Below the pieces are notes generated by a model that was not told the origin of the DNA, did no database searches, and saw only the letters and a program-made list of their open reading frames with translations. A stretch of 64,000 nt of DNA from Camelus ferus (Eukaryota). The DNA lies in NCBI RefSeq assembly GCF_009834535.1, contig NC_045696.1:30258001-30322000 (forward strand). Reading direction: 5' to 3'. Position 1 is the stretch's first letter. Every line of letters starts with the position of its first letter. The translations under genes and the position numbers were made by a program. Positions 1 through 13,137 of the stretch are shown piece after piece.

Positions 1-81
1 GGAGAAATAAAGAGAAGACAAGTTTTACTGAAATAATATAAATGTAAATACGTAAATGCTTGAGAATGATACACTAGAACA

Positions 82-298
82 TAGGTGTGCACACTTTTCC
101 ATAAAGGGCCAGATGCTAATAATTTTTAGCCTTGTCATCCATGTAGTCTCTGTTGTAACTACACAAGTCTGGTATTGTAGCACAAAAGAAAGCCATAGAC
201 AATGCAAATGAATGAACACTGCCATGTTCCAGTAAAATTTTATTTGCATTTAGATGGCACACTTGATTTGGCCCAAGAACTTAGTTTGCCAATCTCTA
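82..298 (+). mobile_element. MER58A hAT-Charlie non-autonomous DNA transposon
   Basis: Resembles the MER58A consensus as recalled (aaagggccagat...agccatagacaat...tgttccagtaaaattttattt...gatttggccc...tagtttgcc). Confidence 0.85.
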
Positions 299-444
299 TA
301 CAAAAAAATATATAATTGAACAGTCAACTGTTTGCATCCACATGTGAAATGATTGCAAATTCAAGAACTCAAAATAAATGATAGAAGTGTGTATGTGTGT
401 GAGTGTGTGTGTTGACAACTCAAAAAACATCAGCAGCATTGCTG

Positions 445-632
445 ATGACACTCCTGATATTTTGAAATTGGGATACTTGGTAAAGTTCTGAACCAAATAA
501 AGTACGAATTGTATTCATAGTCTTTTTAGCCACATGAATACTTGGAACCATATCAATTATTGTGTCAACTAAAAATAATTCTGCACATTTCCAAAATGTT
601 CCCTCCACATTAGTACCACCCTTCTGGAAACC
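445..632. mobile_element. Degraded MER20-like DNA transposon fragment
   Basis: tgtcaactaaaaat...cacatttccaaaatgttccc...gtaccaccc resembles the MER20-family end; heavily diverged. Confidence 0.3.
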
Positions 633-1389
633 TTCTTTTTGATTAAATTGTTGAAAGTGGAAATTCTGTATCAAAAAATAACTTTTAATTATTATTTGCT
701 TATACAAAAAACATAGGAGAACTTATTCTTCTTTTTGAGCTAGAGAATAAGATTATAACTTTCTTAAGATTTTATGACTTGAAGAAAGGGTTGTTTATAC
801 CAATTTGTTTCACACAGCACTTACCTAACTTTGCCAGATCTGGTACTTAACAGTCATATAAATTTATTAAAAAAAAAAAAGTCTTACTTCATTTATCAAT
901 TAACATTTTGAATTAAAAGCCATTTTATTTACAAGTGTAAATCTAATTCTGATAAATAGAGCTATATTCCTAATGTAACATATAGTTACTTATATTTTAG
1001 ATCTTAAGCAGAAATAACCACTAATAAATATTCCATCTCTTCTCACCTATTATAATTTACTATTAGAATATTTTCATAGTTTCTGGAAATAAACACAGTT
1101 CTACTGAGATAGTTCAATGTGTGATAATTATACACAGTTTAATTAGGTGAATCAAGATCACCAGGATTATAATCCATTAAAGGGTTTTGAAAATATCATT
1201 ACAAAGCAGAGTAAGTTGTGAACATGTTTATAATGACATCAAAACCTTGATACTATACTGTGGGTTTGCTCAGTGTACACCCACTTTAATTGAAACTTGC
1301 TATAAAAATGGTTATTTCTAAGAAATTTTTACTCAGTATGAATTCATTTCTGCATAAACATTTTGAGCATTGCAGTTATAGATAAGTTT

Positions 1390-2220
1390 AATGATCCTTC
1401 AGCCTTTTGTCATTTTCTATAATATTCATGTTTTTGAAGATTGTGGGCCATTGTTGTGTATATGTCTCTCAATTTGGGTTTGTCAGATTTATTATTATCA
1501 GCAGTCAGATTTGAACTGCAACAGAGGATAATTTTCATTATGTTTATTCTTTGTTGGTATGGAATCACACTATTGATCTGACTCTAAATGTAAGACCATT
1601 CTTTGATTTTTAATTTTTCAATTTCATTTTGTTATTTTCTTTAATCAACTCTCCTTTGTTCTTCCCAATACTCCTCATAACATGAGCTCCATTAGGGTAG
1701 CTATTTTTACTGTCCTGACTAGTGTTTTATCCCCTTAGACAAATGACTACATATACTTCCTCATGACTAGAGTCAGATTATATATTTTTGGCAGGAATAA
1801 ATGTTGTGTTCCCAGTGCATCTCGTTCTAAAGGCACATTGTATCAATTTGCCCCCTCATTGGTGATGTTAATTTTGATTACTTGGTCAAATGGGCTCACC
1901 AGGTTTTACACTATAATATTAAATTTACACTATAAAATTTTTCTCTTTGCAATTAATACAAAAGATATGGGAAATGCTTCTAGACTATGTAAATATTGTG
2001 TTTCTCTTCAAATTTTTACCAAATGTTTTATTAACTGTTGATGGTCCTTGCCTGAATCATTTGATACTCTGACAACTGCAAAAGGATAATTCTCTAGCTC
2101 TGTTTTTTCTCTGCATTTATAAGTTGGATTTCTAATGTAATGGAGATCTCTCCCTCCCTTCTTCTTTATTCATGAATTCTTACATTTTCAGTAGAGATAT
2201 AATCCTTTACTGTCATTTTT
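1390..2220 (-). mobile_element. L1MC4/L1MC5-like 3' UTR, interrupted at ~1490-1755
   Basis: Typical antisense motifs tctctcaatttgggtttgtc, ttcctcatgactagagtcag...ttttggcaggaata and attggtgatgttaattttgattacttggt. Confidence 0.75.
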
Positions 2221-2221
2221 A

Positions 2222-2785
2222 TGAGACAGTACAACTAAATACAATGTATGATACTATATTGAATCCTGAATTAGGGAAAAATTACCATAAAAATTGATAA
2301 CACTGATAGAAATTGAATATTACATAAAATTATTATATCAACATTATATTTCTGTAACTATATAAAGTATGCTCTTATATTGTTTCGTTTTTAGAAAAAA
2401 TTCATAATTGTGGATAAAGTGTTTTGATGTCTACAACTAATTCAGTAATGTGTGTTTGTGCATGAGAGAGAGAGAGATAACAGTGAGAGGGAATGAAAAC
2501 ATGATGAGTAGCATTCCTGCAGAAATGAATTACCTAAATGTAGTCACAATGAAGCATTAGATAAACTCAAATCAAATTATGAGATTCTCCACAAAACAAC
2601 TCATTTGTAATCTTTAAAAATAGTCAGTATTATGAAAGACAACCAGGGGTAGGGGAGAGAGAGGGAATTTGGCAAAATATTAACAACTGTTGCATTTATC
2701 TGGATGAAGGGTTTATGGAGTTCTTTGTCCTATTATCATGACTCTTCTGAAAATGTGAAATTACATCAAAATAAAAAGTTAAAAA
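2222..2785 (+). mobile_element. Ancient L1MC/L1ME 3' end
   Basis: caactaaatacaatgtatgat...gaatcctg and the terminal tggcaaaatattaacaa...atcaaaataaaaagttaaaaa. Confidence 0.7.
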
Positions 2786-3565
2786 TTAGTTCTTGAAGAC
2801 ATGATCATATCAAAATGACAGAAATGCCATAACCCTTAAAATTTTGATCTGTCTTAGGGTGTAGGTCTTTTGGTATGATCTTATTCTACAGATGTTTTTA
2901 TTATATTTTGCAATTATATTAGCTTCTTCCTTCCTATGTGCTCTACTTTACGCATCACCTATGATTCATCTGTCCAGTTATTGAGCTGGTGAAGTAAAGT
3001 GCTTCCTCGAGTCAAGACACTCTTTTGTTGCAAAGGCTGATTTTTAAATATCAGTGTAACCAGAAAATAGAAAGTGTTTTTTTTCTCTATAAAGACAGTA
3101 AGTTCCCACCATTTCACTCATTTTCCTTTAAGTCAAATAAAGTGATTTTGTTTCCTTTCCTTTCTTTCCTTTCTTTTTTCTTTTCTTTCCTTTTTAAAGA
3201 TTTTATGTATCCTTACATTTTTTTTTAAATTTTTCTGCAAGATATGAAACCTAGATATCAGGCTTGTTGCTCAATAATTTTGCTCATAGATTAAAGTCAG
3301 TATAGAAAACAATATCCTTCCAAACGATGCACCATAAGGGAGCCACCTCGTATACAAAAGGGCCAGTTGAACATTAAAGGGTGTTTCTAGAAAAAAACTT
3401 TTTTCTAAAAACTAAACAGAATGTAAGGGCATATTTTATTTATTTTATTTCAGTCATGAGAACAGAAAAATACCTTGACTGTAGATAGAAAAGAAGAGTA
3501 TAGGCCCTTCTGTGATGAGAAAAACAACTTTTGTTTTTCCGAGTTGCTGCATAAGCATTTTGCAG

Positions 3566-4048
3566 TGTGATAACCCTGCTCACACCCAGAGTCTGGACAC
3601 TTAGATAAGAACTTGGGTTTAGGATTCCTGCCATCACTTCCCACTTTGCTTTTTCTGGGGCACCTCTTAAAATAACCACTTAGACTTAAAGCCATTAAAA
3701 CTACAGCCCCATACACCTTGTAAGCAATAGATGAGTGGTACCCTGCTTTCTGTCTTGACCTAGAAGAGAGGATTTCCTTTCCCTCAGTTCATTGTGCCCA
3801 ACCTCCCACCCTGATCCCTTTCTGGGATATGTAAGTAACCATCTTGTGACTCTACTTTCTTTGTTTGGGTGCACTGAAATTGCACCTTCAATCAAGACAA
3901 TTCCATGGATTTCAAGTCCCCAAAGTGGGGACTCAGATGCTGAGGGAGCTACCTGCCCATTCTGCATGGGCAGCTTGTATGCCCGCATTCAGCAGGTTCA
4001 TAATCTGCATATTCTTAATTTAATACACTAGCTATGGTCCCCCCAACA
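3566..4048. mobile_element. Probable old ERV(L) solo LTR, family uncertain
   Basis: TG...CA-bounded ~480-bp block of higher GC with LTR-like character; no clear TSD. Confidence 0.4.
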
Positions 4049-4248
4049 CACCCTCTTATGAGACGTCAAAGACAGTGCAGTACTGGGGTGACCAGTTACC
4101 CAGAGGAGGAGCTGGCATGGGAACTGTGTGAAATTAAGGCTTAGAATAGCTAAAGAGTTTTCTACTCATCAAGGTTGGAGGACAAGGAAAGAAAGAATTT
4201 CCACTCATACATGGCCTCCTCACTCACCCCCATCCTCTCCTCGTTTTA

Positions 4249-4350
4249 AATATATATATATATGCATGCATATGTTTGTATTTATATATATTTTTGTATA
4301 AATGTGTATATATGTGTTTGTGAATGTATGTGTGTATATATATATGTATA
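4249..4350. repeat. (TA/TG)n low-complexity tract
   Basis: Alternating tatata/tgtg runs visible directly. Confidence 0.85.
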
Positions 4351-5419
4351 AATAGGAAACATAAATAAAAGAATAGGTTTAGTCCTACACTTTGGAACTT
4401 TTCATCTTTTCAAGTGATCCTTTTTCTAATTTGGGGTGGATGGTGGCCAGCAGCAGGGTAGAGGCAGAGAGGTAATAATTTCCCACTATAATGGGCTACA
4501 TTTTGGTTTAATAGTAGTCCTTGGTTCAAATAATTTTGTGATATTTTCCTTTGTATTATTACCTCCATAAAAGTAATCTATTTCTTAATACCTTAGCTAA
4601 TCATTTTATCAATTAAGGCTGCCTATAATATACTAATGATATATGTCAGGGGTGTGAATTCTAGATCCAACTCATAGACAATTAAGAATGATCAGTTAAG
4701 TGATAAAATTGTATGTTAGACAACGCATGTGATGATGCACCTGTCCTGGCATTATCAGCATTCAGATCTCTCCTCCTATAGAGAATAGATGCCATTTATA
4801 TTTTCACTTTGTTAGAATGGAATCAAAATTCATATACTTGGCTCTGAATGTAATACTGGCTTTCATTATTCACTTTTATTTTTTATTTTCCTTAAGAAAT
4901 TTGCTTTAATGTTTCCAGCACTCATTAGCCGTGTGGTCTCCATAATGCAGAGATTTTGTCTGGCTTGTTTAGCATTATACTCCCAGTACCAAGTATTTAA
5001 ATATCTTTAATGAAGTAAATAAATAAGTAGATACTTGGATATTTTTTGCATGTCAATAACTGCTAATTTTGTGTTAAAACTTACCAAAATAATATGCTGT
5101 GGGAAATTTAAAAAAAAAAACGAAAAACAAACTTTAGCTTTGTCATAAAAGTTAATGTTATCCAACCACCATGCAGGGGTTGTCTTCTTTGTGTAACAGT
5201 TTGCATAGTAAGTTGGGTGGATATTTTTCTTAAATACACTTACAGAATTTAATAATGTAAGGGATACTAACATTATGAAATAATCTGTATACATTTAAGT
5301 AAAATTTTAAGGAAACATAGATCATGGTGGGAGAAGTGAGGAAGGCAAAAAAAAAATTAAGTTAATTGTTTTTAATAATGTAACCCTCATAATTTGAAAT
5401 TTTTGCTTTTTTTCCCCAG

Positions 5420-5471
5420 AAAAATGACTTTCTGTGAATGACAACCATTTCTCCAGAAGCTGAAAATAAAG
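5420..5471 (+). other. Candidate 52-nt spliced exon (possible start exon, ATG 5438: MTTISPEAENK)
   Basis: Acceptor ttttgctttttttccccag| and donor AAG|gtaatg; no through-reading frame; peptide not recognised. Confidence 0.35.
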
Positions 5472-5644
5472 GTAATGGTCAGTTTGGAATGTATACATGT
5501 ACTAAACTTAAAAATTATTGCTCTTGTTAAGATTTCTTATATCAGAATTCTCCTGAACTATTTCTCTTATGTTGTCCCATCCAGTTGGTCTAAGTTGGTA
5601 CAAGGTATTTACTAACATTACTTGGGAGCTGTGTTTAATGAAAG

Positions 5645-5870
5645 TCAGTATGATATAATGGTGGAAAATGTGGGCTCTGGGGCCAGGTGCCTTGAGCTCA
5701 GATCAAGACCCAGCCAGCTGAGGGACTGTGAGCAAGTTACTCGGTCTCTTTGAGCCTCATTTGTAAATAGGGCTAATAATTAGTTTGTCGTGAATCATTA
5801 GTTTGTAATGCACATCGAGTACCAGGACCATGGCCAGCACTTTGGAAGTACTGGCTAATATTACTGTTTG
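5645..5870 (+). mobile_element. MIR SINE
   Basis: gggctctggggccag...gagcaagttactc...tctctttgagcctc...tgtaaatagggctaataat core. Confidence 0.8.
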
Positions 5871-7496
5871 TTAGTTTATGGAAAGAATGTGTGGAGAATA
5901 TTGGTGGGTGGAGAGAATTTGTGTGTGACAATTAGTGCATGGAGAGAGAGATTACCACTGATACAGTGCATGATGACCTGTGGACACCAACTGGGATAAA
6001 AGCGTCTATAAGCAACCACTGGAAAAGTTGACGGCAGAGTGCCTGTGTGGGTTTAGGGCGGTTTCATTGTCCTACCCAGAGGAAGAGGCTATCAGGCGTT
6101 TGGGTCACTGGAGCAGTGCCCTTTCACTAGCTGATGTGTGGTTAGCTTTTTAACTTCTTATAACCTCTAAGTTTCACAACTGAGAGTTGAAGTGTTCTGA
6201 ACTTAATATTATTCTACTGAGATAATATTTTTTCTCATCCTAAATCTCTAGGATTAAAGACCTTGAGTGTAAGGATGACACCAAAACCTCACAAAACAGA
6301 CTGTACTCGCTTTTCACCCCAAATAGCAACACTGGACAAATTACCTCATCCCTGCTTCCCTACTTATATCATTTTCCAGATGAAGTGTTGAGATCAGGTC
6401 ACTCCCAGATGCATTGTGTAGCCTGTGGTCCACTTTTACTCCCATCATTTTCTATTTAACTTGGTATCTTCAATCCCTTTCCTCTCTGATATCATTAGAA
6501 CGAAAAAAGTGCCCTAAGCCTTGGAGCTTTATACATGTAACTAAAAGAAGAGTTTTTGCAAAGACCAGAGACATCTAAAATAAAAAGTTAACTTTTGATC
6601 AACAAAAAGTGAGTGTCACTATGAGAGGGAAAAAAGTTGGAATTTTTTAAAAAAGCTCATAACACAAATACGTATTAAAAAAAGAATAGAATATGATACG
6701 TGATATTTGTGAGACTGTAGAGAAAATGTTTTCATGTTTCTGCACAGTTAGGGCTTTCTGAACAAAACTAAAACAGAAACTTGGGACCTGAATTAAAGGA
6801 CAGACCTTTACTTGAAAGATGACTGAATATAGTAAGGGATTTTACATTTGTGGAAGTACACTTTTAAATGTTGAAGGGGGATAAAATCCAGAAACATTCC
6901 AGGGGTTGAAACACTAAAACACTTGTTTTATCTTTCTCCAGAGAGATTTACTTACATTCCGATGAATAAGAACTGGTCATTACCCTCTTTATATTCCCCA
7001 AGGACAAATTGTTTCTATTAGGAAAGTTGAGTTTCCTTTCCTTCTGCAGAAGGAAAGGGGGACAATGCATATATATACTCACAGATGCATATTTTCAGCG
7101 TTTCTCCCTTTCAGTTTAGACAATTTTATATACACAGTCCATCTAGCTCTCTTTTCATTGACCCAGAAATGAGAAAGTTTGATAGAAAAGGAGTCAATGT
7201 GGTTATAAATCATGTGTTTACTTTTAGGACAATATGAGTATATACAGATATTAAAAACTAATCAATGTCAATGGAATAGAAATGGGAAAAGACCAAAGCC
7301 TTTATTTACAGTTATTTCTTACAAATTATTGATGACACCAAAATGGTTTTCATTGTTGTCTGTTAAGCTGACTCATTTGTTTGAACTGTTAAATACGTTT
7401 TCTAATGGGAATGAGACATGGGTACAAGTTGGATGGAAACAACTGAAGGCAAACATTTGTTATTTTAAATGTGGGTAAGGTGATGTTTAAGAGAAG

Positions 7497-8432
7497 TGTT
7501 GGTGGACAGAGAGACCCCCTAAATTAGGAGGCCCACCAAAATGTGGGTCCTTGCCGCCGGCTGTGAAAGATTTCACAGCAGAGGCAGAGGGACAAAGTGT
7601 AGAAGCTGCTTTATTTCTCAAAAGAAGAAAAGGTAGGAGAGTGCTCGATCGAAGAGCTGTCAGCCAAGACGCCCTGTAGAGAGAGCTCCAGTTGTGGCTC
7701 AGGCCACTTGGATGTTTATGGGAGGCTTCCACCATCATGTCCTTGTTCCAGGGATGCTGGAGCCAGTTGCCTTTCTTTCCTGTCCTGGTATGAGCTTTTC
7801 CAGTTGTTGTCATGGCAATCGTAAACTGCCATAGAGCTGGTGGGTGTGTCGTTCAGCATGCTACTAAATTACAATGACCATATAATGAGGCTTAAGGTCC
7901 ACTGGCAGTCAAATCCTTTGCCATCTTGGGCTTCACAGGTTCTAAAGGATTCTTGTTTCTTCTCTTTGCAGCTGCTTCCTGAGACTTAGATAAGACTAAT
8001 TCCTTTCTTTTTCAGGGAGGGGCAAGGGGTATGATCCTGGGGGCAACAACCTTAGTAACAAAAAGGAAAGTTGCTTTTAATCACAATGCCGGCAATCTGG
8101 TGGACCCAGTATCCCCCAGAAAACTATCTCCCAAGATTCTGCTCAGCCATGATAAGAGGCAGGGGTTAGGGGGCCTTAGTTCCTGCAGAAGATTGTTACA
8201 CTCCAGGAGGAGGAACCAGATCTTGCCCCAAGGCTGCACTATTGTTTCTTGACTACCCCTCCCTTGTTTCTGCACTCCCTCCCTTCCAAGATGAGCAGTT
8301 GTTTAAATCTGCCCTTTGAAATTCAGGGAAGGTCAAAGAGACCTTGAATTAAGCCTATTGCCCACAAACAAGAAACTGGGAACACTGAAAGATTTGTACC
8401 AGGGAGGACCCCACAGGGTCTGCTTGGTATCA
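7497..8432 (-). mobile_element. ERV1 solo LTR, composite, 936 bp, TSD GAAG
   Basis: TG...CA ends; GAAG at 7493-7496 and 8433-8436; AATAAA on the minus strand (~7609-7614); internal LTR-like terminus agtaaca at 8060. Confidence 0.85.
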
Positions 8433-9095
8433 GAAGGATTCATTTTATTCTAATCCTCTATACCTCTTCCTTACTTATTCAGCTTTAGGCAATATGCATT
8501 TGCAACTCTGTTAAATGACTCAGTCATTTAATTCCATACTTCTTGTCTGCAAAATTTTCCTCGGCTTTGATCACAAAGGACTCTTCTTTTAGGAGGCCGT
8601 GCTTTCAATGTTGTGTCTAACTTGATTTTTTTCATCTTCTTGTCTTATACCATACTTAAGTATAAGAAATTCAGGGGAACTAAAGGGAATAATCTACCTG
8701 ATCTCTTTCATCCATGTAATTTCTCCTGTTTCTATAAAATAAAACAGAACAGGAACTTATCACCCTATTCCCACACCCTGTAATGCCTGATTACAAAAGA
8801 CATTCATTCTGCTAAGCTCTTCTCTGTTTATTGTGATCACTTCAGACAGCATTCAGAGACAGACACTAGATGTTAGATTCTTTATGAAATAAATGGAAAA
8901 TCTTTGTCACATGAGGATCTGCCTTTCTTTATGGATCTTCTAAGAAGGATTAAATTGCGATACCTTTTTTTTTTCTTATCCAGAGCTAATGAATCTAAAT
9001 TGTAAACATTGTGTTCTCAGGCAACATACAAATTCATTGACATTTTCAGTTCCCTGAAGTTCTCAAAAAATTTTCAAATTATAAGTACTTGTTAA

Positions 9096-9584
9096 TGTCT
9101 ACTGAAATAAATGCGCAGCCTAAAAGTTGAGAGTTACGTTTTATTTGGTGGGAAGACACAAGTTGGATGACAGCCTCTCAGATGTGCTCTGAGGGACTGC
9201 TCTGAAGAGGTAGGGGAGGAGCTAGGATATATAGGAGCTTTACAACAAAGACCAGGTAGTTGGAACAATAAAAGATTACTTGTTATCTAAAGAAAACCAG
9301 GCATCTCAGGTTAAAGAATTCAGTGCTTTTCTATATATGGGAGGAAGCAAACATTTGGGCTCATGGAATTCATTCCTTTGACAAGCACCTAGCTACCTAG
9401 GGCCAGTAACCTGTCCTTTCTTATTCTGAGTCCCCTCAGGGTGCACCATTGTAAGTGGCTGCAGAGGCTGGGCTGCAGGGTTGTCTTCAGGAGGGGAGGG
9501 GGGAGGTTGGCCGCAGCCGCTGATGACTTGATGGTTTCAGCATTCTTTGTTTACTGATATGGTTTACAGTAGTTTTCATTCACA
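9096..9584 (-). mobile_element. MER41-like ERV1 solo LTR, TSD TTAA
   Basis: TG...CA ends with TTAA at 9092-9095 and 9585-9588; resembles artiodactyl MER41; homologous to 28180-28668 in reverse orientation. Confidence 0.9.
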
Positions 9585-9949
9585 TTAACAACTATTAAAA
9601 GCTGGAGCATTTCTTGATTTACATATGGGAATGGAGTTTATATAGAAAGGAAGAGAATAGGAAGAAGATGGGTAAAAATAAGTAAAATAAGGAGAAGGAG
9701 AAAAAAGGTTGAAAATAAAGGGCCAGAGAAATTAGAGGGTAGAAAATGGGAAAGAAAAGAGGTGAAAAACTAAAAGTATGTATTCATGTATCACAGAAAC
9801 ACATTATTGCATCAAACTCCATTAGTTTGAACAATGATAGTGGGGTTTTTTTTAGTTTTGTTTTCTTTATCATATTTTCAATAAAATAATTTTCAAATTA
9901 AAGTATACTTGACTGTCACATGTTGATACAGAAGTAGAATTTTATTAAC

Positions 9950-10203
9950 AACTAATGATGATTATTTAGTTACATTTTTGAGAATTTACCATGTTCGGAT
10001 ACATTGGTCCTTTAAGTATATTAAGTTGTTTACCTTACCAAAATTTTATGAGGTATATACTGTTCTATCTTTCACTTTTGAAATAAAAACTGGTAAAATC
10101 TTTAAACTGTTTGTGAACATCACAAATCTGATAAAAATGGGAGAGCTGGGATTTCAGCCCATGTTGTATCTCTTTTCAGGACCTAGACTTCTAAACATTT
10201 TGT
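9950..10203 (-). mobile_element. MIR SINE
   Basis: ttatgaggtatatactgtt...catcacaaatctgataaaaatgggagagctgggatttcagccc antisense MIR core. Confidence 0.7.
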
Positions 10204-10479
10204 GAAATAGGTTTCTCATGGAGTTTTTTTTTTTTTTTTTCTTCCCCTAGTAAACATAACAGCATGTTCAAGTGGAATTTTCCACTGAAAATCAAGAACG
10301 AAATAAATTTTAATGACACCAGCAGTACATGCAAAAAAGATGGTAGAAACCTAATGTTGTCATATTTAAGTCTCCTCATCCACATCAAGTATATAAATTG
10401 TGGGGACATTGAAGGAGTTTGTTTTGTTTTATTTTTTTAAGTAGAGTTTTAGTGAGAGCTAAAGTTTGCTGTAGTTGTG

Positions 10480-12230
10480 AGTTTTTTCCCTGTATACTCA
10501 ATTCAAGAGACAGATGCTTTATGGAGACAACTCAGAAAGTTTCAAAATTGTCCTCTGCAGTTTAAAACTTGTGTTTAATTCATGCCCGCAAACACAACAG
10601 GGCAGGGAAACTTACATACTCAGAGTTTTTCTAGACCGTGAGTGTATGCCAGTCTCTTGAGGAGAAATTCTAGATTGCACATACTAGAGAGTTGTTCTCA
10701 GTTGCTCTCCAAGAGTAGAGCTTTTATGGCAAATGGACCTCAGCAAAAAATAAGCTACATTGACTCCAGATGCTTAGTGCCTAAGAGTGAGTAGACCAGC
10801 CACAATAGACAATGAAACTACAAATGACAGATCATGGCAAAAGAGAAACTCACAAGTAAGTTCCATTATTCAGCCAGCTTTCAAGAATGGTCACACCCAG
10901 AGATAGTAACATTTTACCACTGCAATTTTACACAAGTTGGAATTTTTTTGCCCACCCTTCTCTCCCGTTCCTCCCTGCCTCCCACCATAAAACTTTCACC
11001 TTCCTATTTGTGAACCTGTGCCCCTGTCTATCCTGGAGGATATAAAATAGAGGTTGGCAAGCTAAGGAATGAGCATAGATGCAGAAAGTAGAAAGAGAAA
11101 AAATCAACCTCCCCCCTACTCATTCCACTATACACAGTGAGGCTTATCAAATCTGGCTTGGGAGAGTGAGAAAGTTTTGCCTTGAAATAAAGTTTAAAAT
11201 GTTTGTTATTTTACAATTATGGACATAATCATTATTTTTTAATGGATTTTATTTTTAGAGCAGATTTTGGTTCAGAACTAAACTGAGCAGAAAATATGGA
11301 GAGTTCTCATAAACACTCTACCTTCACACACATACAACCTCCTCCACTATCAACATCCCTCACCAGAGTGGTACATTTATTACAATTGATGGGCCTACAT
11401 TGATACATCATTGTCATCCAAAGTCCATAATTTACATTAGTGTTCACTCTTGGTGGTATACATTCTGTGGGTTTTGACAAATGTATAATGACATATACCC
11501 ACCATTATAGTATCAAAAAGAAGAGTTTCAGTGCTTTAAGAATCCTCTATGTTATCCACCTCTCCCTCCTCCTAACCCTTTGCAACCACTGATCTTTTCA
11601 TTGTATCCATAGTTTTGCCTTTTCCAGAATGTCACATAATTGGAATCACATAGTATGTATCCTTTCAGGCTGGCTTCTTTCACTTAGTAACATGCATTTT
11701 ATGTCTTTTCATGGCTTAATAACTCATTTCATGTTGGTGCTCAATAATAATATGGTCTGCACATATCACAGATTATTTTCCGTTAACCTAATGAAGGACA
11801 TCATGGTTGCTTCCAAGTTTGGGCAACTGTGAATTAAACTTATATAAACATCTAAGAACTGGATTTTGTATGGATATAAGTTTTCAATTCACTTGGGTAT
11901 ATACAAGGGCAGTTGATGGATATTGTGGTAAAAGTAAATTTAGTTTTGTAAGAAATTGTAAAATTGTTTTCCAAAGTAGCTGTACCATTTTGTATGCCCA
12001 CAAGCAATGAATGAGAGTTACTGTTGCTCTTTATCCTCACTGAAATTTGGTATTGTCAGTGTTTTGGAGACACATTCATTATTGATCAGAGGATATTTTA
12101 TCATAAGGGAGTAACTAAAAACTCAGGAGTCTTCCCCAAAATTTATTCTAGAAGTATTGGAGAATTAATCCCACAAATTAATTAAGGAGAGTTAATAATA
12201 GTTCCTGAATATTGTATTGCACTTATGCAT
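10480..12230 (+). mobile_element. Old ERV LTR (LTR78-like) split by the L1MC1 insertion
   Basis: Segments ~10480-11230 and ~12070-12230 resemble an LTR78-type consensus on both sides of the L1. Confidence 0.4.
11235..12068 (-). mobile_element. L1MC1/L1MC2 3' end, 5'-truncated
   Basis: Typical tttttagagcagattttgg...caccagagtggtacatt...caaagtccat...; homologous to 39529-40350 and, inverted, to 22900-23780. Confidence 0.9.
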
Positions 12231-12404
12231 TATATTACAAACTTAAGATATCTCTACTATATATAACTCAAATTGCTTTAAATTCAATATTGTCAATTCA
12301 TACATGTTTTAATGGGGACTCACAGGATGAAATCAGCCTACCATTTTATGAATTTGGGGACATCCAAAAGTATTCACCTAAGGTGATCTTAAACATTTAT
12401 TAGT

Positions 12405-12515
12405 TTTATTCTTTGATTTAACATTTACTAAGTACTTTACCTAGACTGTGGCAGTAAAACTGGGGATACAAATATAAATAAATCATGGCTTTTGTTCTCA
12501 AATAACATAGTAGTC
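12405..12515 (-). mobile_element. L2 3' fragment
   Basis: aacatttactaagtac...ctggggatacaaatataaataaatcatggc. Confidence 0.6.
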
Positions 12516-12517
12516 AA

Positions 12518-12925
12518 AGTTGTTTTTGTTAACTGTGACAGAAACACCACTCTTACCACTTAAACATAAATGAGAATTTATTGCTCAAATAACTGGGGTG
12601 TCCAGTAGTAAAGCTAACTTTAGGACTTCTGGGTTCTTTATGTTCCTTTCTCTATTTCTGTTTCTTCATCTCATTGTCTCTTTCCCTCAGTATTTATCAT
12701 TTCTTTGTATATTGTCATAATCACTCTTTGCCATGCTCCAGATAAATTCCATCAGAATAATAAAGGGGAGAGCATTGCTGCAGAATAGCCTAGAAATACA
12801 TCATTCCCACTTACAATCCTAGAAAAGAGAGATTTTTCTCTCTTATCATGACCTTAAAAAACTGATTGGATTTTGAGAGTTATGTTCTTCGGTGTTATTT
12901 TTTAGGAGTTATTATGCCTTGAGTC
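12518..12925 (-). mobile_element. MLT1 (MaLR) LTR, J/K-like
   Basis: gtgacagaaacacc...cttaaacataaatgagaatttattgctcaaataactg...ctgattgg. Confidence 0.55.
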
Positions 12926-12940
12926 AGAAGATGGGATTAC

Positions 12941-13123
12941 AGAGGGGAGAGTATACCTCAAGTGATAGAGCACATGCTTAGCACTCCCAGGGCCCTGGGT
13001 TCAATCCCCAGCACCACTTCTAAAAATCAATGATCAATCAACAAATAAATAAATAAACAAACCTACTTATGCACCCCACCCTCCCCAAAAAACTAAACTA
13101 AAATAAAAAGATTAAAAAAGAAA
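12941..13123 (+). mobile_element. Camelid tRNA-Ala-derived SINE (Vic-1 type), long tail
   Basis: A-box/B-box head (ggttcaatccc), A-rich tail, 14-bp TSD agaagatgggatta at 12926-12939 and 13124-13137. Confidence 0.9.
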
Positions 13124-13137
13124 AGAAGATGGGATTA

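Noticed and set aside
819..828. Consensus minus-strand donor TAG|GTAAGT
   Set aside because: No convincing upstream acceptor; isolated donors are common by chance.
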